63,976 nucleotides of DNA, filler included, from Saprolegnia diclina VS20 (GCF_000281045.1; 4 parts of 2 records of this genome joined end to end with filler, not necessarily neighbours in it), one strand, 5' to 3'. Positions 49,266 to 60,486 are shown, counted from the whole stretch's first letter. Notes: a model not told the origin generated them from the letters alone. Made by a program: numbers and translations.

Positions 49266-50377
49266 GCGGCCGTCCAAAGGCAAGTTTAAGAGATGAGTTT
49301 GTCGAAAAGTGGGTGCTTGGCGCCGAATAGACCCTACTAGTATGCAAGTAGTGTTTTCCCTTTGCAATTTGACATGGCCATTGTCTTCCCATATAGTGGA
49401 CAACTCAGACAAAGAGTTTGATGAATCAACACGCAGAACTCCCACGACGCGACTGCCAAGTGCACGGTACGGTGCAGCGTATCGAGGAGGCTCTCCGTGT
49501 CTGGGAAAGAATGTCGCATCCGCGAAATTCGATGCAGGACGCATTCAGCATGCAAGGTTCGGACGACGTGGTACCGATATCGAATATGACTCGTCTCGAG
49601 CGTACCTCTGTGCATCAGCATTGACGCCAAGGCCGCCCATTTCTGCAAGTTTTGTCCATGAATCAATGTGCCTGCGGGCATTTGCTGGAGCCCAGTGGCC
49701 TGACAGCCACTCGTATCTTTATTCGATACTAGTAGTGCGTTGGATGGGCTATGATGCGCACACAGCTGTCGCCGAGAATCAACAATTGCGTCCTGGAGCT
49801 CGCACCTCGATGGCTGAGCTCGATGGCAGGAGAACGAAACTCTCGGACATAACAATAATTGCAAAACTAGAGCCGCCATATTTATCGGTCTTTTCTACCG
49901 CATGCAGCTATGTCAAACTTTAGAATTACAACTACGTGGTTAAATTGTCGCCACCCTCGTCTCATGGCGTGCGCCGAGCGTGGCGACAGTTTAGTGTGGT
50001 TCTCCTGCTTTGGCACTCGTTGTCGACATCAATTGCAAAAATAGAGCCGCCATATTGGGTTCATTGAAGACAAATTGCAACGGGAAAACACTACTTGCAT
50101 ACTAGTAGGGTCTATTCGGCGCCAAGCACCCACTTTTCGACAAACTCATCTCTTAAACTTGCCTTTGGACGGCCGCNNNNNNNNNNNNNNNNNNNNNNNN
50201 NNNNNNNNNNNNNNNNNNNNNNNNNNNNNNNNNNNNNNNNNNNNNNNNNNNNNNNNNNNNNNNNNNNNNNNNNNNNTGCAACGGGAAAACACTACTTGCA
50301 TACTAGTAGGGTCTATTCGGCGCCAAGCACCCACTTTTCGACAAACTCATCTCTTAAACTTGCCTTTGGACGGCCGC
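49266..50377. repeat. ~105-bp sequence inverted at both ends of a contig and repeated again after a gap
   Basis: 49266-49370 is the reverse complement of 50073-50176, and 50277-50377 repeats 50076-50176. Confidence 0.85.
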
Positions 50378-51034
50378 GACCTGATTTGTTGGCTCGGTTG
50401 ATATTATCAACAGAGCCAAGTACGTACCTCGCGGAGACGGAGCGCATCTTGAGTGCAACGGCAATGGTTGGGGCATGTGGGCCCGAGCAGGCCTTGCTGT
50501 TGATGTCACGAGCAGGCGCAACCGACGCAGGCAGCGAGGTATGTGTGCAGCCAGCGAATCCGAGGACTCGGAAGAGATATGGCAGGCGCGAGAGGGATTT
50601 AGCGCTTCGAATACAGCGTGTGGTATACAAATTTTAGCACTGTTTGATTGCAGTGCAGTGACTCTACCGACACCATGCAGAGCGGGAGTTGGAAACCAAA
50701 GAGCCAAGTAGGAAACGTGAGGGCAGAAGCGATGTCGCGACCTTGAGGACGGTGTGTATGAGCGGGATAACGCCACCGTTTACATCTAACTCAATCCTAT
50801 CAGCTGTCTCAATGCCACTTCTTCGTGAGCACAGCAGTCTTCACACCGCCCTTCGCAGCTTCCAGATACCGATCGCTTTCGAAATCGAAGCTCCTTGCAG
50901 CTAAAGAAGACGGCCGTGCACCCGTGAAATCTGGGTTTCACTCAACTATCCTTAGCCATACGGCAATTGTCAACGTCCCCATGTGGCACTTGACGCCAGG
51001 GCCAACTTGACTCTCGGCGCGCTCAATGGCTCGC

Positions 51035-51280
51035 CAAGAGCCAATCAGAAAAGAGACCAATGCTGATTGGTCAACAAAGGCCCAATCCGATTTGCACGTC
51101 ATCCAGGAAGATACCGTACCGGTAACTGCGCAGTGGTGTGAGCTTTGTGAGGCAGCTCCAATCGACGTATATGCAAGCGGCGAGTCAACTGTTCAGCATC
51201 GCCTTCAACGAATAGATCAGTGCTTATTCGCCAAACAAAACGAGGTGGCGGTCGAGAGGCTCACACTTCAATTTGCTTCG
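51035..51280 (+). promoter_or_regulatory. Probable promoter of the ferric reductase: CCAAT cluster and Inr/FPR-like core
   Basis: agccaatcag (~51039), palindromic gaccaatgctgattggtc (~51055), gcccaatcc (~51080) and ctcacacttcaatttgc (~51260) just upstream of ATG 51289. Confidence 0.4.
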
Positions 51281-51288
51281 TCTCCAAC

Positions 51289-53352
51289 ATGGCCTTCCAC
51301 GCCATCTCAACGCCGACGCAACATGTGCAGTTGCACCTAGATGCTAAGCCCGCGCCGCCCAAGTTTGCGCTCGTCCCGCACATCATTGCGGGGCTGCTCA
51401 TGCTCTACTCCATCTTTGCCATCACGGTGATCTACACGCCCATGACGGCGCCCATCACGACGTCGTTCATCAACCCGCTCTGGGACATCAACCCCAAGGT
51501 CAAAAACTCTGGCCACTCGGAGATGGTCAACTACACGTACCTCTTCTTCGCCGTGATTTTGCCGCTCTTTGTCACCTTCTTGATCGTCCGTTTGGCCACT
51601 CGAGGCGCGACGTTCCCGGTGCCGGCGCTCTCGCACATGCTCCAGCGCAAGCCGCGCCTCTTGTGGTCGCTCGTGAGCTACGGCGAGGTCCTCTTCTTGC
51701 TTCTCGTCGTCGTCGGCAACGTCGTCTTCTTCTACTACTTTTACAGCCCGCGCATCAAGCCCACGACCAAGACGCAGGCCAAGATCGAAACCGCGGCCAA
51801 GACGCTCGGCTTCTCGACCGTGTACAACATGGTGTTCCTTGCGCTGCCCGCGTCGCGCCACTGCTTTTGGATGGAGTGGCTCGGTATTCCGTACGCCCAT
51901 GGTGTCAAGTACCACCGCTGGCTCGGTATTGTGACCATCTTCTGCGCGGCCGTGCACACGGCGTTCTACGTCCAAGTGTTTATCGCTGACAACGAGTCGC
52001 TCATGCTGCTGCCGTGCTTCAACTGCAACGTGGCTAAGGAAGGCAAGATGAACTGGATCAACACCTTTGGCTGGATCGCGTTCCTGAGCATGTTTGTCAT
52101 GGGCCTCACGTCGATCCCGTACGTGCGCCGCCACTACTACAAGGTGTTTTACTACACGCACTTTCTCTTCATTCCCGCCACGGCCTTTGCGATCATGCAC
52201 TACGCCAACATTGCCATCTGGCTCTTCGCCACCATCGTGCTCTACATTGGCAACCGCATGCTCTCGTCTGCGACCATCCAAGCGCCGGTCGTCATCCAGA
52301 AGGCCGCCGCGCACCCGCACGAAGTGACCGAGTTGACGTTCGAGTGTGCTACGTCGTACCAAGCCGGCGACGTTGTCTACCTCAAGGTGCCGTCGGTGTC
52401 CAAGACGCAGTGGCACCCGTTCAGCGTTGCGTCGACGCCGCTGCACACGCCTGGCTCGCTCACGGTGTACATCAAGACGCTCGGTCAGTGGTCTGGTCAA
52501 GTGCACGAATACATTCGTCAGTGCACGGCTTCCGGTGTCGACCCCGTCGTGTACATGGATGGTGGCTACGTCTCGCCCGCACTCGTTCCAGCGTCGTATG
52601 AAAAAGTGGTCTTCATCGGCGGCGGCATCGGCGTCACCCCGCTCATGGCCCAGATCATGCACATTCTGCACACGGCGCCGTCGCAGGAAGTCCATTTGGT
52701 TTGGCACGTGCGCGACCTCCGCATGATGACGCAGTTCCAGCAGTGGTTCCACGAAACGACGGGTCTCTCGTCCAACTTGCGCCTCCACCTCTTTGTGACC
52801 AAGTCTTCGCCGCCCGCGGAAACGGCGGTCGCCAAGCAAGTGTACGACCTCAAGAGCTCCCATGTGGCGCCGCGACCGTACGCCAACGTCTCGACGTTGC
52901 GCCAGGTGCTCTTGTTTGTCGCTGCGTTCTTTGGCGCCGGCACGCTCCTCCTCGCGGTTCACTATGGCAACAAGATTACGAGCATCGACCCGTCGTACTG
53001 GCCGCTGCAGCGCTTCGTCGAGTTTGTGGCGATGGTGGTCGGGTCGTACTGGGCGTACATTGTGGTTTTGATCAAGCCGTACAAGCCCATGCCGGTGGCC
53101 AAGACGCCGTTTGACGACGTGCCCAAGGAGCCAATGATGTCGGACGAGGCGTTCATCGAGCGCTACAGCGTCCAGCAAGGCCGCATGGACTGGTCGCGCT
53201 TCTTCTCGAGCCTCGTCGACGGCACGACCACGAGCTGGACGTCGCCGGCGATCGGCGTCTACGTCTCGGGCCCCAAGACGCTCTCGCGTGCGATCGATGA
53301 GCAAGCGCACTCGACGCGCTTTGCCGTGCACCACGAAGAATTTGAAATGTAA
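51289..53352 (+). CDS. Ferric reductase (FRE/FRO, NADPH oxidase superfamily), intronless
   Basis: Heme His pairs YHRWLG...VH and THFLF...MH; FAD-binding QWHPFSVAS; NADPH-binding GGGIGVTP; VSGP...HHEEFEM. Confidence 0.95.
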   Translation: MAFHAISTPTQHVQLHLDAKPAPPKFALVPHIIAGLLMLYSIFAITVIYTPMTAPITTSFINPLWDINPKVKNSGHSEMVNYTYLFFAVILPLFVTFLIVRLATRGATFPVPALSHMLQRKPRLLWSLVSYGEVLFLLLVVVGNVVFFYYFYSPRIKPTTKTQAKIETAAKTLGFSTVYNMVFLALPASRHCFWMEWLGIPYAHGVKYHRWLGIVTIFCAAVHTAFYVQVFIADNESLMLLPCFNCNVAKEGKMNWINTFGWIAFLSMFVMGLTSIPYVRRHYYKVFYYTHFLFIPATAFAIMHYANIAIWLFATIVLYIGNRMLSSATIQAPVVIQKAAAHPHEVTELTFECATSYQAGDVVYLKVPSVSKTQWHPFSVASTPLHTPGSLTVYIKTLGQWSGQVHEYIRQCTASGVDPVVYMDGGYVSPALVPASYEKVVFIGGGIGVTPLMAQIMHILHTAPSQEVHLVWHVRDLRMMTQFQQWFHETTGLSSNLRLHLFVTKSSPPAETAVAKQVYDLKSSHVAPRPYANVSTLRQVLLFVAAFFGAGTLLLAVHYGNKITSIDPSYWPLQRFVEFVAMVVGSYWAYIVVLIKPYKPMPVAKTPFDDVPKEPMMSDEAFIERYSVQQGRMDWSRFFSSLVDGTTTSWTSPAIGVYVSGPKTLSRAIDEQAHSTRFAVHHEEFEM

Positions 53353-54957
53353 AGTGTTCCAGTTGTCTTGCTCGCAGTAACTGGACCATAATATGAGCAA
53401 TGGTTTGTATATTCATTACTTATCCTGTCCTTGTGTGCCGTCAAGCCGTTGAGGGACAAGACTAGCTTGTAGGGTTCGGAGGTTTATCCGCAGCTACATC
53501 CGTGGGAAGACTCTGTCGAGCAGAACAAACTGCGTGGTTAAGCTGTCGCCACCCTCATTTCATGGCTGGGCGTGGCGGCAGTTTATTTACGTAGTGCTTG
53601 TGCTTTGGCACTTGTTGTCGAACGCTCCTAGTCAATCCAGATAATGGTAAGCATATTTCTACCAAGTCGATCCTCATGCATGTCGTTCTCAGCGGCGCCG
53701 GCGCTCGGAGGCCCCTCCTGCTTGAAACGAGTGGCAGGAGTACCACCGACGTAAAACTCCCACTGGCGCACATTGTTCCGCCTTGATGTTTTCGATTGAT
53801 GCCGCCGGAATGATCAATGACCGAGAGGCTTGGCCCAGGACATTTCGTTGGATTGCCCGACGGAGGACATGGCTTTTCAACATACGCCGCCACAAAGTCT
53901 TGCGACGCCACGAGAGTTGCCTCGAGCGACTAGAACGCGGTGGCACCACGACGGCACTGTCGCCCACAAGCCGTTGTCGTACCGCGAGCAATTCTTCTAT
54001 CGGAACCACACCACCACGTCGGCTCCGACTCGTCATATTTGCCACACAGGATGCATGGATGTTTGCCATCAGCCAATCAGAACATTGAAGCGTGATGATG
54101 GGGCGTTTCTTGGCCGATTAAACCGTGGACTAGTGGTAACCAGGCAGAAATGGGGATAGGGTATGTCGCTAGTAACCGATAACGCGCTTGGGTTTATATG
54201 TGCGACGCTACGCGGACGCGGTGGCCATCAATTTAGTCGACCGGCAATGGCAGTGGCTCTTCACGCGACCTGTAGCGTCTGCTCCCTACGCACATGGTCT
54301 TTCATGCGGACGACTGCGCCTGCCCATGCGGCAGTCAGCCGAGTGGTCGCAGAACGGTTTCACGAAGGGCAGTTTTTACCCTACCCCAAGGTGACTTGCC
54401 TGGAGCAGCCAATCGGACGCTCGAAACACGATGATTGGATGCGTCTCAACCAATCCCTGGGTCGCATTGGTGGCCAAGATTTGTGGCGCGCCAAAACGAA
54501 GCCTCCACACCACACCCCGGGACGACAGAGTGTTTGGTAGATTTGCGACCACGACATCCATTCAAACACGACGGGTGGCTTTTCTCTATCGCCAGCCGCG
54601 CGGGTCGGTGGTCTCGCCGTGCTCAGCTGCGAATATTCCTCCATTTTGGCCTCATGCTCGGCAGTGTTGTGCAGGGATGATCCTTTGCAGGTGTCCTCTG
54701 TCACCGCCTTCGAGTGATGGTCAGAGCCGCAATGCGTGCGGCTTCCTACCTCGCCCAATGGGACTCGAGGCTGCCTCCTGGTTCACCCGTGATTGGGTGA
54801 CACGATTCCCGTGGACTGCAGCCATCGGGAAAATGAAGTAATAACAGGCTTTCTTTTGCTTCCTTGTCAGTGCATTGTCAAGGAGCGGTCTGCAGCGTCG
54901 GCCCTTCGAACCCGACGACACATCAATAAATTTTTCGAACCCGACGACACATCAGGC

Positions 54958-55131
54958 TGTAAGAAATCCTAGCCACGCAGTGTGCTGTACCGTGGCACGG
55001 TCTGAGATGTGTGGGGTAGGATGCAAATATGAAAGTGATATTGTTCGTTATATAGGCTAGACCAGTGGTAATATGTGCAAAGTATGTAGTTCTGTTGGTC
55101 TAGAACGATAGCCGCTGTGTGATTTCTAACA
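54958..55131 (-). repeat. 3' LTR (174 bp)
   Basis: Near-identical to 59191-59368: two substitutions and one 4-bp indel seen. Confidence 0.95.
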
Positions 55132-55134
55132 CCC

Positions 55135-56954
55135 CCCGTAAGGTCGACCTTCTTGGACAAGTCGAGCATGACCTTGGATCGCGCGGCGGCGTACACATGT
55201 ACTTGCTCGAGCGCGTTGTTGAGCGATTCGGCGGGAAGTGCCTTCGTGAAGCAGTCGGCCGGCATGTCGCCCGTCTTGCAGTACTGGGCCTTGATGCAGC
55301 CGGACTTGATGGCTTCGCGTACAAAGTGGTAGCGGATGTCGATGTGCTTGGAGCGGTTGTTGACCGTGGGCTGCTCCATCGTCTGAAGCGCGCTTTGGTT
55401 GTCGCACCAGAGGTTGACAGTGGTCGTCTTGGGCACGAGCTTGACCTGCGCGAGGAGTGCCTTGATCCAGATGGCTTCTTGGGTCGCGATACTGGCGGCC
55501 ACGTACTCGGCCTCCATGGTCGAGAGGGCCACCGACGACTGCTGCTTGGAGAACCAGTGGACGGGCGCACCGTTGATCTTGACGATGCAGCCAGACGTCG
55601 AGCGTCTGTTGGCCTTGTCACCAGCCCAGTCGGCGTCCGAGAAGACGTCGAGCGAGAGCGGGCCGCGGCCCTGCGTCGGGGCAAGCTGGAGGCCGTGCGT
55701 GCGAGTCGCCTTGAGGTAGCGCAAGATGCGCCGCAGTTGACGGCCGCGGTGCTCGTTGGGCGCGTTGAGGTGCCGCGCCATCAAGTTCGTCGCGTACGCA
55801 ATGTCGGGGCGAGTGCAGCTAGACAGCCACAACAGAGAACCTACGATTTCGCGCATCTCCGTCGCGGACATGTCGCACGGGCCGCCTTCGTCGAAGATCT
55901 TGTGGTCCAGCGCAAGTGGCGTCGACTGCGGGTGGCAGTCGGACATCTTGTGCTTGGCGAGCAACTCGTCGATGAGGTACGTCTGCTCGAGGAACATGCC
56001 GGACTTGGAGCGGTGGACGTTGATGCCGAGGCAGCGCTTGATCGGGCCGAGCGTCTTGATGTTGAACTTGCTCTTGAGCGTGGAGAGAACCTTGTCGAAA
56101 GCGGCGGCGTCTTGCGAGACCGCGATGACGTCGTCGACGTAGAGGCCGATCATGGTGAGGCGCCCGGCCGTCCACATGTAGTAGAGGCACGGGTGCACGG
56201 GCGCCGTCGAAACCTTGGAAAGCTGTGGGTACTCGAGCGTCATGTCGTTGTTGAGCTGCAAACCTTGAGCGTTCTTGGACAGCAGAGTGCGCACGTTCTG
56301 CACGTGGCGCGACGTCACGATGCGGTGCAGGTCCGAGACCCACACGTCGCATGCTTTGGTCTCCGTCTTGACGCCGAGGGTGCGACCGACGACACCGCGT
56401 ATCTTGATGCCCTTCTTCTTCGGCTCGATGGCCCATCGGTGGGCAACGTTGCTGTAGTCGGACGGTCGAGAGGCAAGCTTCGACGTACCGTTGTTGACGG
56501 GGCTGTCGTCGCCGCTCTTCATCGTCGCGATCTTGGGCGTCGTGAGCGCGAGCGCGGCACGTCCGTCTTTCTTCTTGAGGAGGCGCGCCGCTTGTCGTCT
56601 TGATGAGACCGTGGTGCACGTCGAGCGTCCGGGCGTCGTGTCTTCCTTGTACTGTAGGACTTGAGCGTCCGTTAGTAGTGGCGGACTCGCTGGTTGAGCT
56701 TGGTGCGACGCCTCTTCATGGTATAGGCCAGCGGCATCTTGAGCCTGAATGATGTAGCGGCCGGTCATGGTGGGATCGCCATCGAATAGCATGCGGCACA
56801 GGCGCTCGCTCGTGCCGTTGGACGCGCGGTTGTCAAGCTTGGACGCGTAGTACGAGTCGGGTGTAAACGAGCTTGTCGACGGTCGGGTAGACTCGAGACG
56901 TTGCTCGTCGTAGCGTCGCCGTTCGGGACGGTGCTCGGCAGAGCGGCTCTTCAT
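55135..56954 (-). CDS. pol: Truncated Copia pol: integrase C-terminal remnant, 3' half of RT and RNase H
   Basis: SKLDNRA, HPCLY, GLYVDD, YLKAT, RRSTSG, CDNQSA and MPADCFTKAL. Protease, integrase DDE core and RT motif A are not seen. Confidence 0.85.
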
Positions 56955-57197
56955 CAGGTGGCTCTCTTCCAGGCGGCTTGCCTTCTCGTGGCGCTCTTCC
57001 TGGCGGTACTCTTCCTGGCGGCTCTCGCTCTGGGACTCGTCATCTCGGTGGCTCGCATCTTGATGGCTCTCATCTTGGTCTTCCTTGTCATCTTGGCATG
57101 CGTCGGTGGGACGCTGGTCGTTCTCGTACTGGCCGTGTCGATACGCGTGGTCCTGGCTCTTGTCGTTTTGGAGCCAGTCGTCGTCACGCTGTTCAGC

Positions 57198-59186
57198 CTA
57201 GCGCTCATGGTCGCGGCCTTGGCTATCGCGACACTCGTCGTCCTCGGCGGGCTGGACGGCGTGGCTGGTCATGCAGTCGTCCTTGTGGTACCGCCGCTTG
57301 TCGCGCCGCTCTTCGTGCTGGCGCGCGTCGTCCTGTTCGATCGAATCGTTGCGGCACTTGTTGCCGTGCTTGGCGTCATCCTGGCACGTCGCGTCATCGC
57401 GCGTGTTGTCTTCCAGATCTTGGTCGTCCTGGCGCGGATCATCGTCATCGCGCTGGTCGTCGTCGCCGGCTTGGTTGTCCTGGTGCGGATCATCGTCATC
57501 GCGCTGTTCAACCTGGCGGTCATCGTCGCGACATTGGCCGTCGTGACACTCGTCGTCCTCGACGGGTTGGACAGCATGAATGCGCACGCAGTTGACGTGG
57601 CAATGCTCATGGTCCCACCGCTCGTCTTCCCGCTTGGCGCAGCGCTCGTCGCAGCGCTTGGCGTGCGGGCGCGCATAGTCTAACTTGGGCGGAATGTGGC
57701 GGCACTGGGCGTCGCACTTGTCGTCGTCCTGACACTTGGCGTCGTCGCGCGGGTCTTCTTCGCGCGGATCACCATGGCGTCGGACTCGAGGGTGCGCGTC
57801 GTCCTTGCCTACGTCGCGCTCGCGTTGTGCGCACAGTCTCGCAACGCCGTTGGACGCGTCGTCCTCGCGCGCTGCGTCATGGCGTACGGCATACTCACGC
57901 TCGTCGTCCTGGCGTACGGCAGAATCTCGTGGCGCGTCGTGGCGGCGCTCGTTGCGCGGCTGGCGCTTCGGTCGGAGGCCGTAAGCGAAACCTGATCCCG
58001 TAACGGCGACAAGGTGCTGCACGAGCTCGTCCAGCATGGCGGGATCGTTGCGCCGGCGTTCGTCAATGTGGCCAGCGAGCAACGTCGTGTGCTCGGGGCA
58101 CGCGTAGCTGCAAAAGATGTCGAGGACGGTGCTGCTCGGAATGCGCGCGATACGCTGAAGGTAGCGCATGTAATGAGCGTGCAAGGCCCACGTATCGCCG
58201 TAGCGCTTGGCCTTGCGCATGAGGGCCAAAACTTGGTCGTCCTCGAGCTTCGGCGCGTAGTGCTCGGTGATGCGGAGGGCGAGGTCGCGGTAGCCGTAGT
58301 TCGGGGTAGCGGCCATCCACGCGGCCTCGTTCGCGCGCACCCAATCGGCGGGCTCGGGGCCGAGACACATCTTGAGTGCTTGGTACTTGTGCTCGTCCGT
58401 CCAGGTCGTGCAGTGGAAGAACTCGTCGCTGCGCACTGCAGTGTTAAACCGGACCATGTAGTCGGCGAAAAGTGAACCGAGACCGGGGTACATTGCCTCG
58501 CCGGTAAACTTGTCCAGGCGAAAGCTCTCGAGGTTCGGCGACTGATTGCAGGCCATGACACCGTAGCCACCCTGAGGACTCGAGAAAAGGTACGCGCTGT
58601 ACTTGCGCGGGTGGTCGTGTCGAGGTGAGGCGGTGTCGACCTCGATCGTATGTACGCGCAGCTTGTTGAGGTCAGTGACTCTCGCGGCTGCGGCGTTGAC
58701 CTGGGACTCCTCGCGGGGCGAGAGCGTGAGCTTCTTCACTAGCGTCAGAGTCTTGGTCTTGCTCTTGGTTGAAGGGTCTTGAGGGAGGCGCCCGGTCGTA
58801 GACGTCGGACGCGCTCGACCAGCGGTCGACTTCGAAAACTCAAGAGAGAGGGGCCCAATCGTCAGCGGGCTGCAGTCAGTAGCGACGGCCTCGCTTCGTT
58901 GGGTGCTGGCTTGATCTGGCAAGCCAAGCGTGGGGCTCTGCGTGGAGTTGCCCAATAGGACGCGCTGCAGTGGTCTGGAGCGGTCGACTAAACAGTCACC
59001 CGGGGCTGCACCCGTGTCTTCGCGCACGCAACTTGGGCGGCGCGTCCGGGGCAGGCGCTCGTCGGGGACGGGCTTGTGGACGAGGGGCTCGGCGCACGTC
59101 TTGTGCGGGCAACGCAACGTCTTCATCAAGCCAAGAGACTTCGTGCCATGCGGCACAGCTCCTGCGGGCATTTCTCTTGGGCTCAT
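57198..59186 (-). CDS. gag: Gag-like ORF with Asp/Arg-rich repetitive C-terminus
   Basis: Starts at the PBS. LDKFTG...WTDEHKYQAL..CLG.EPADW is capsid-like. No CCHC knuckle is seen. Confidence 0.6.
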   Translation of the reverse strand: MSPREMPAGAVPHGTKSLGLMKTLRCPHKTCAEPLVHKPVPDERLPRTRRPSCVREDTGAAPGDCLVDRSRPLQRVLLGNSTQSPTLGLPDQASTQRSEAVATDCSPLTIGPLSLEFSKSTAGRARPTSTTGRLPQDPSTKSKTKTLTLVKKLTLSPREESQVNAAAARVTDLNKLRVHTIEVDTASPRHDHPRKYSAYLFSSPQGGYGVMACNQSPNLESFRLDKFTGEAMYPGLGSLFADYMVRFNTAVRSDEFFHCTTWTDEHKYQALKMCLGPEPADWVRANEAAWMAATPNYGYRDLALRITEHYAPKLEDDQVLALMRKAKRYGDTWALHAHYMRYLQRIARIPSSTVLDIFCSYACPEHTTLLAGHIDERRRNDPAMLDELVQHLVAVTGSGFAYGLRPKRQPRNERRHDAPRDSAVRQDDEREYAVRHDAAREDDASNGVARLCAQRERDVGKDDAHPRVRRHGDPREEDPRDDAKCQDDDKCDAQCRHIPPKLDYARPHAKRCDERCAKREDERWDHEHCHVNCVRIHAVQPVEDDECHDGQCRDDDRQVEQRDDDDPHQDNQAGDDDQRDDDDPRQDDQDLEDNTRDDATCQDDAKHGNKCRNDSIEQDDARQHEERRDKRRYHKDDCMTSHAVQPAEDDECRDSQGRDHER

Positions 59187-59190
59187 AACC

Positions 59191-59368
59191 TGTAAGAAAT
59201 CCTAGCCACGCAGTGTGCTGTACCGTGGCACGGTCTGAGATGTGTGGGGTAGAATGCAAAGATGAAAGTGATATTGTTCGTTATATAGGCTAGACCAGTG
59301 GTAATATGTGCAAAGTATGTAGTTCTGTTGGTCGGTCTAGAACGATAGCCGCTGTGTGATTTCTAACA
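59191..59368 (-). repeat. 5' LTR (178 bp)
   Basis: Adjacent to the PBS and matches 54958-55131. Confidence 0.95.
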
Positions 59369-59390
59369 CAGGCAGCGCGCATCGTGCAGC

Positions 59391-59600
59391 ATGGCTTCAT
59401 TCCCCGATTTCCATGCGATCGCAACGCCCAAGCCAAACGAAGCGCTCCATAGCAACCCGGATGCCGACGAGATCGCCCCGACGCCTTTGAAGATCAAGGT
59501 CGCGCTTGCGGCGCACTGGGCCGTGAGCGTCATCATGGTCTACACCGTCTTCGACACTTGGTACACATGGAGAAACCTAATCGTCGTGAGCTTGTCCATA
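59391..59600 (+). pseudogene. 5' fragment of a third ferric reductase paralogue
   Basis: DFHAIATP...PTPLKIKVALAAHWAVSVIMVYTVF resembles AFHAISTP...PAPPKFALVPHIIAGLLMLYSIF at 51289. The rest of the gene is absent. Confidence 0.55.
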
Positions 59601-59781
59601 TATATATATGAACGTGTTTCGCGTTATCTTCATAGTTACACAAAGACTTCGCATACGTAGAGACTAGCAATCTCCTTCTTCTTAATTCGCTCGCCGGTCC
59701 GTGGCTGCGCAGGCGGCGGCGCGGGGGCTCGTCTGGCTCTTCTGTCGTCGCCCTACGACGCTTGTGGCCGCGGGTGAGGCC
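59601..59781 (-). mobile_element. Short non-LTR retroposon (5'-truncated LINE or SINE-like) with (TA)n tail and 16-bp TSD
   Basis: cgtgagcttgtccata at 59585-59600 and 59782-59797 flanks the insert. A second copy lies at 134-245. Confidence 0.75.
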
Positions 59782-59959
59782 CGTGAGCTTGTCCATACAG
59801 ACTAAATTCTTATTTCCCGCCAAAATGCGTGCGGCGTTGTGTTATGCGTGGTCATCCCATTTTCAATCAAAATAATGTGTCATAATACTTCTATATGTAC
59901 CGGTATACACGTGTACCGTGCTGACGTTGTTGTTGAAGTGGGTCTTCTATTAAAATAGA

Positions 59960-60410
59960 TACGTAAATCTACGCTAAATAAAATTGTCGGACTTTCTTCG
60001 TTGTGTAGGCGCTGGTGATGATCTTGATCTAGGCCGGCGGCGGCAGGAGCGCGATCCGCGGGACAAGGTGCTGGCGCGGCCACTCGTGTTGAGCGAGGAG
60101 CCGTAGAGGTGACATAGAGCCATCTGCCCTGGGTTTTGAACGAGGCTGTGGTGCAAGTGCATTTGAGCGACACGCGCCGCATTGACGGCAATCGTCCATG
60201 GGCTTTGCAGTGGGAGGTCGGCGCGAAAGACGCGATCGTTGCGGACGCGCCAGACGTTGAACCAGACGCAGGCGCGGAGCACTGGCCAGAGGTAAGCTTA
60301 GCGGAACGCGGCTCGGTGCATGTTGGAGGCCGTCTTCGGCGTCGAGTAGAGGTAGCCCGAGAGTGTTGTCGGCAAGACTACACCCAAGGGGGCCGTGACC
60401 ACGTTATCAA
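59960..60410 (-). mobile_element. L1/Tx1-like LINE 3' remnant
   Basis: WPVLRACVWFNVWRVRNDRVFRA matches the WxxRNxxVF motif typical of L1/Tx1 ORF2 C-termini. Confidence 0.65.
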
Positions 60411-60486
60411 GAAAAAATGAATTATGGATTAGGTGCATACTACTAGAAGTAGAATTCGGCATCTCGACATGATCGCATATCAAGAC

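Larger units (their letters stand above)
54958..59368 (-). mobile_element. Ty1/Copia LTR retrotransposon, internally deleted (4.4 kb)
   Basis: TG...CA LTRs at 54958-55131 and 59191-59368; 5-bp TSD CAGGC (54953-54957, 59369-59373); PBS GGTTATGAGCCC; G-rich PPT near 55132; RT LYVDD and TRPDI; RNase H FSDADWA, STMEAEY and KHIDIRYHF. Confidence 0.95.

Noticed and set aside
49266..50377. ~105-bp inverted termini as a TIR transposon
   Set aside because: All three copies abut gaps and are read-length sized, so contig-end duplication is at least as likely. No TSD can be seen.
51337..53400. Long antisense ORFs over the ferric reductases (also 60433-62163) and pol (55119-56603)
   Set aside because: Shadow frames expected from strong GC3 codon bias.
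56901..57995. Very hydrophobic antisense ORFs in the Copia element as an env-like membrane protein
   Set aside because: Explained as the reverse complement of GAC/GAT-rich repeats, which reads as Val/Ile/Leu. There is no ATG start or independent evidence.
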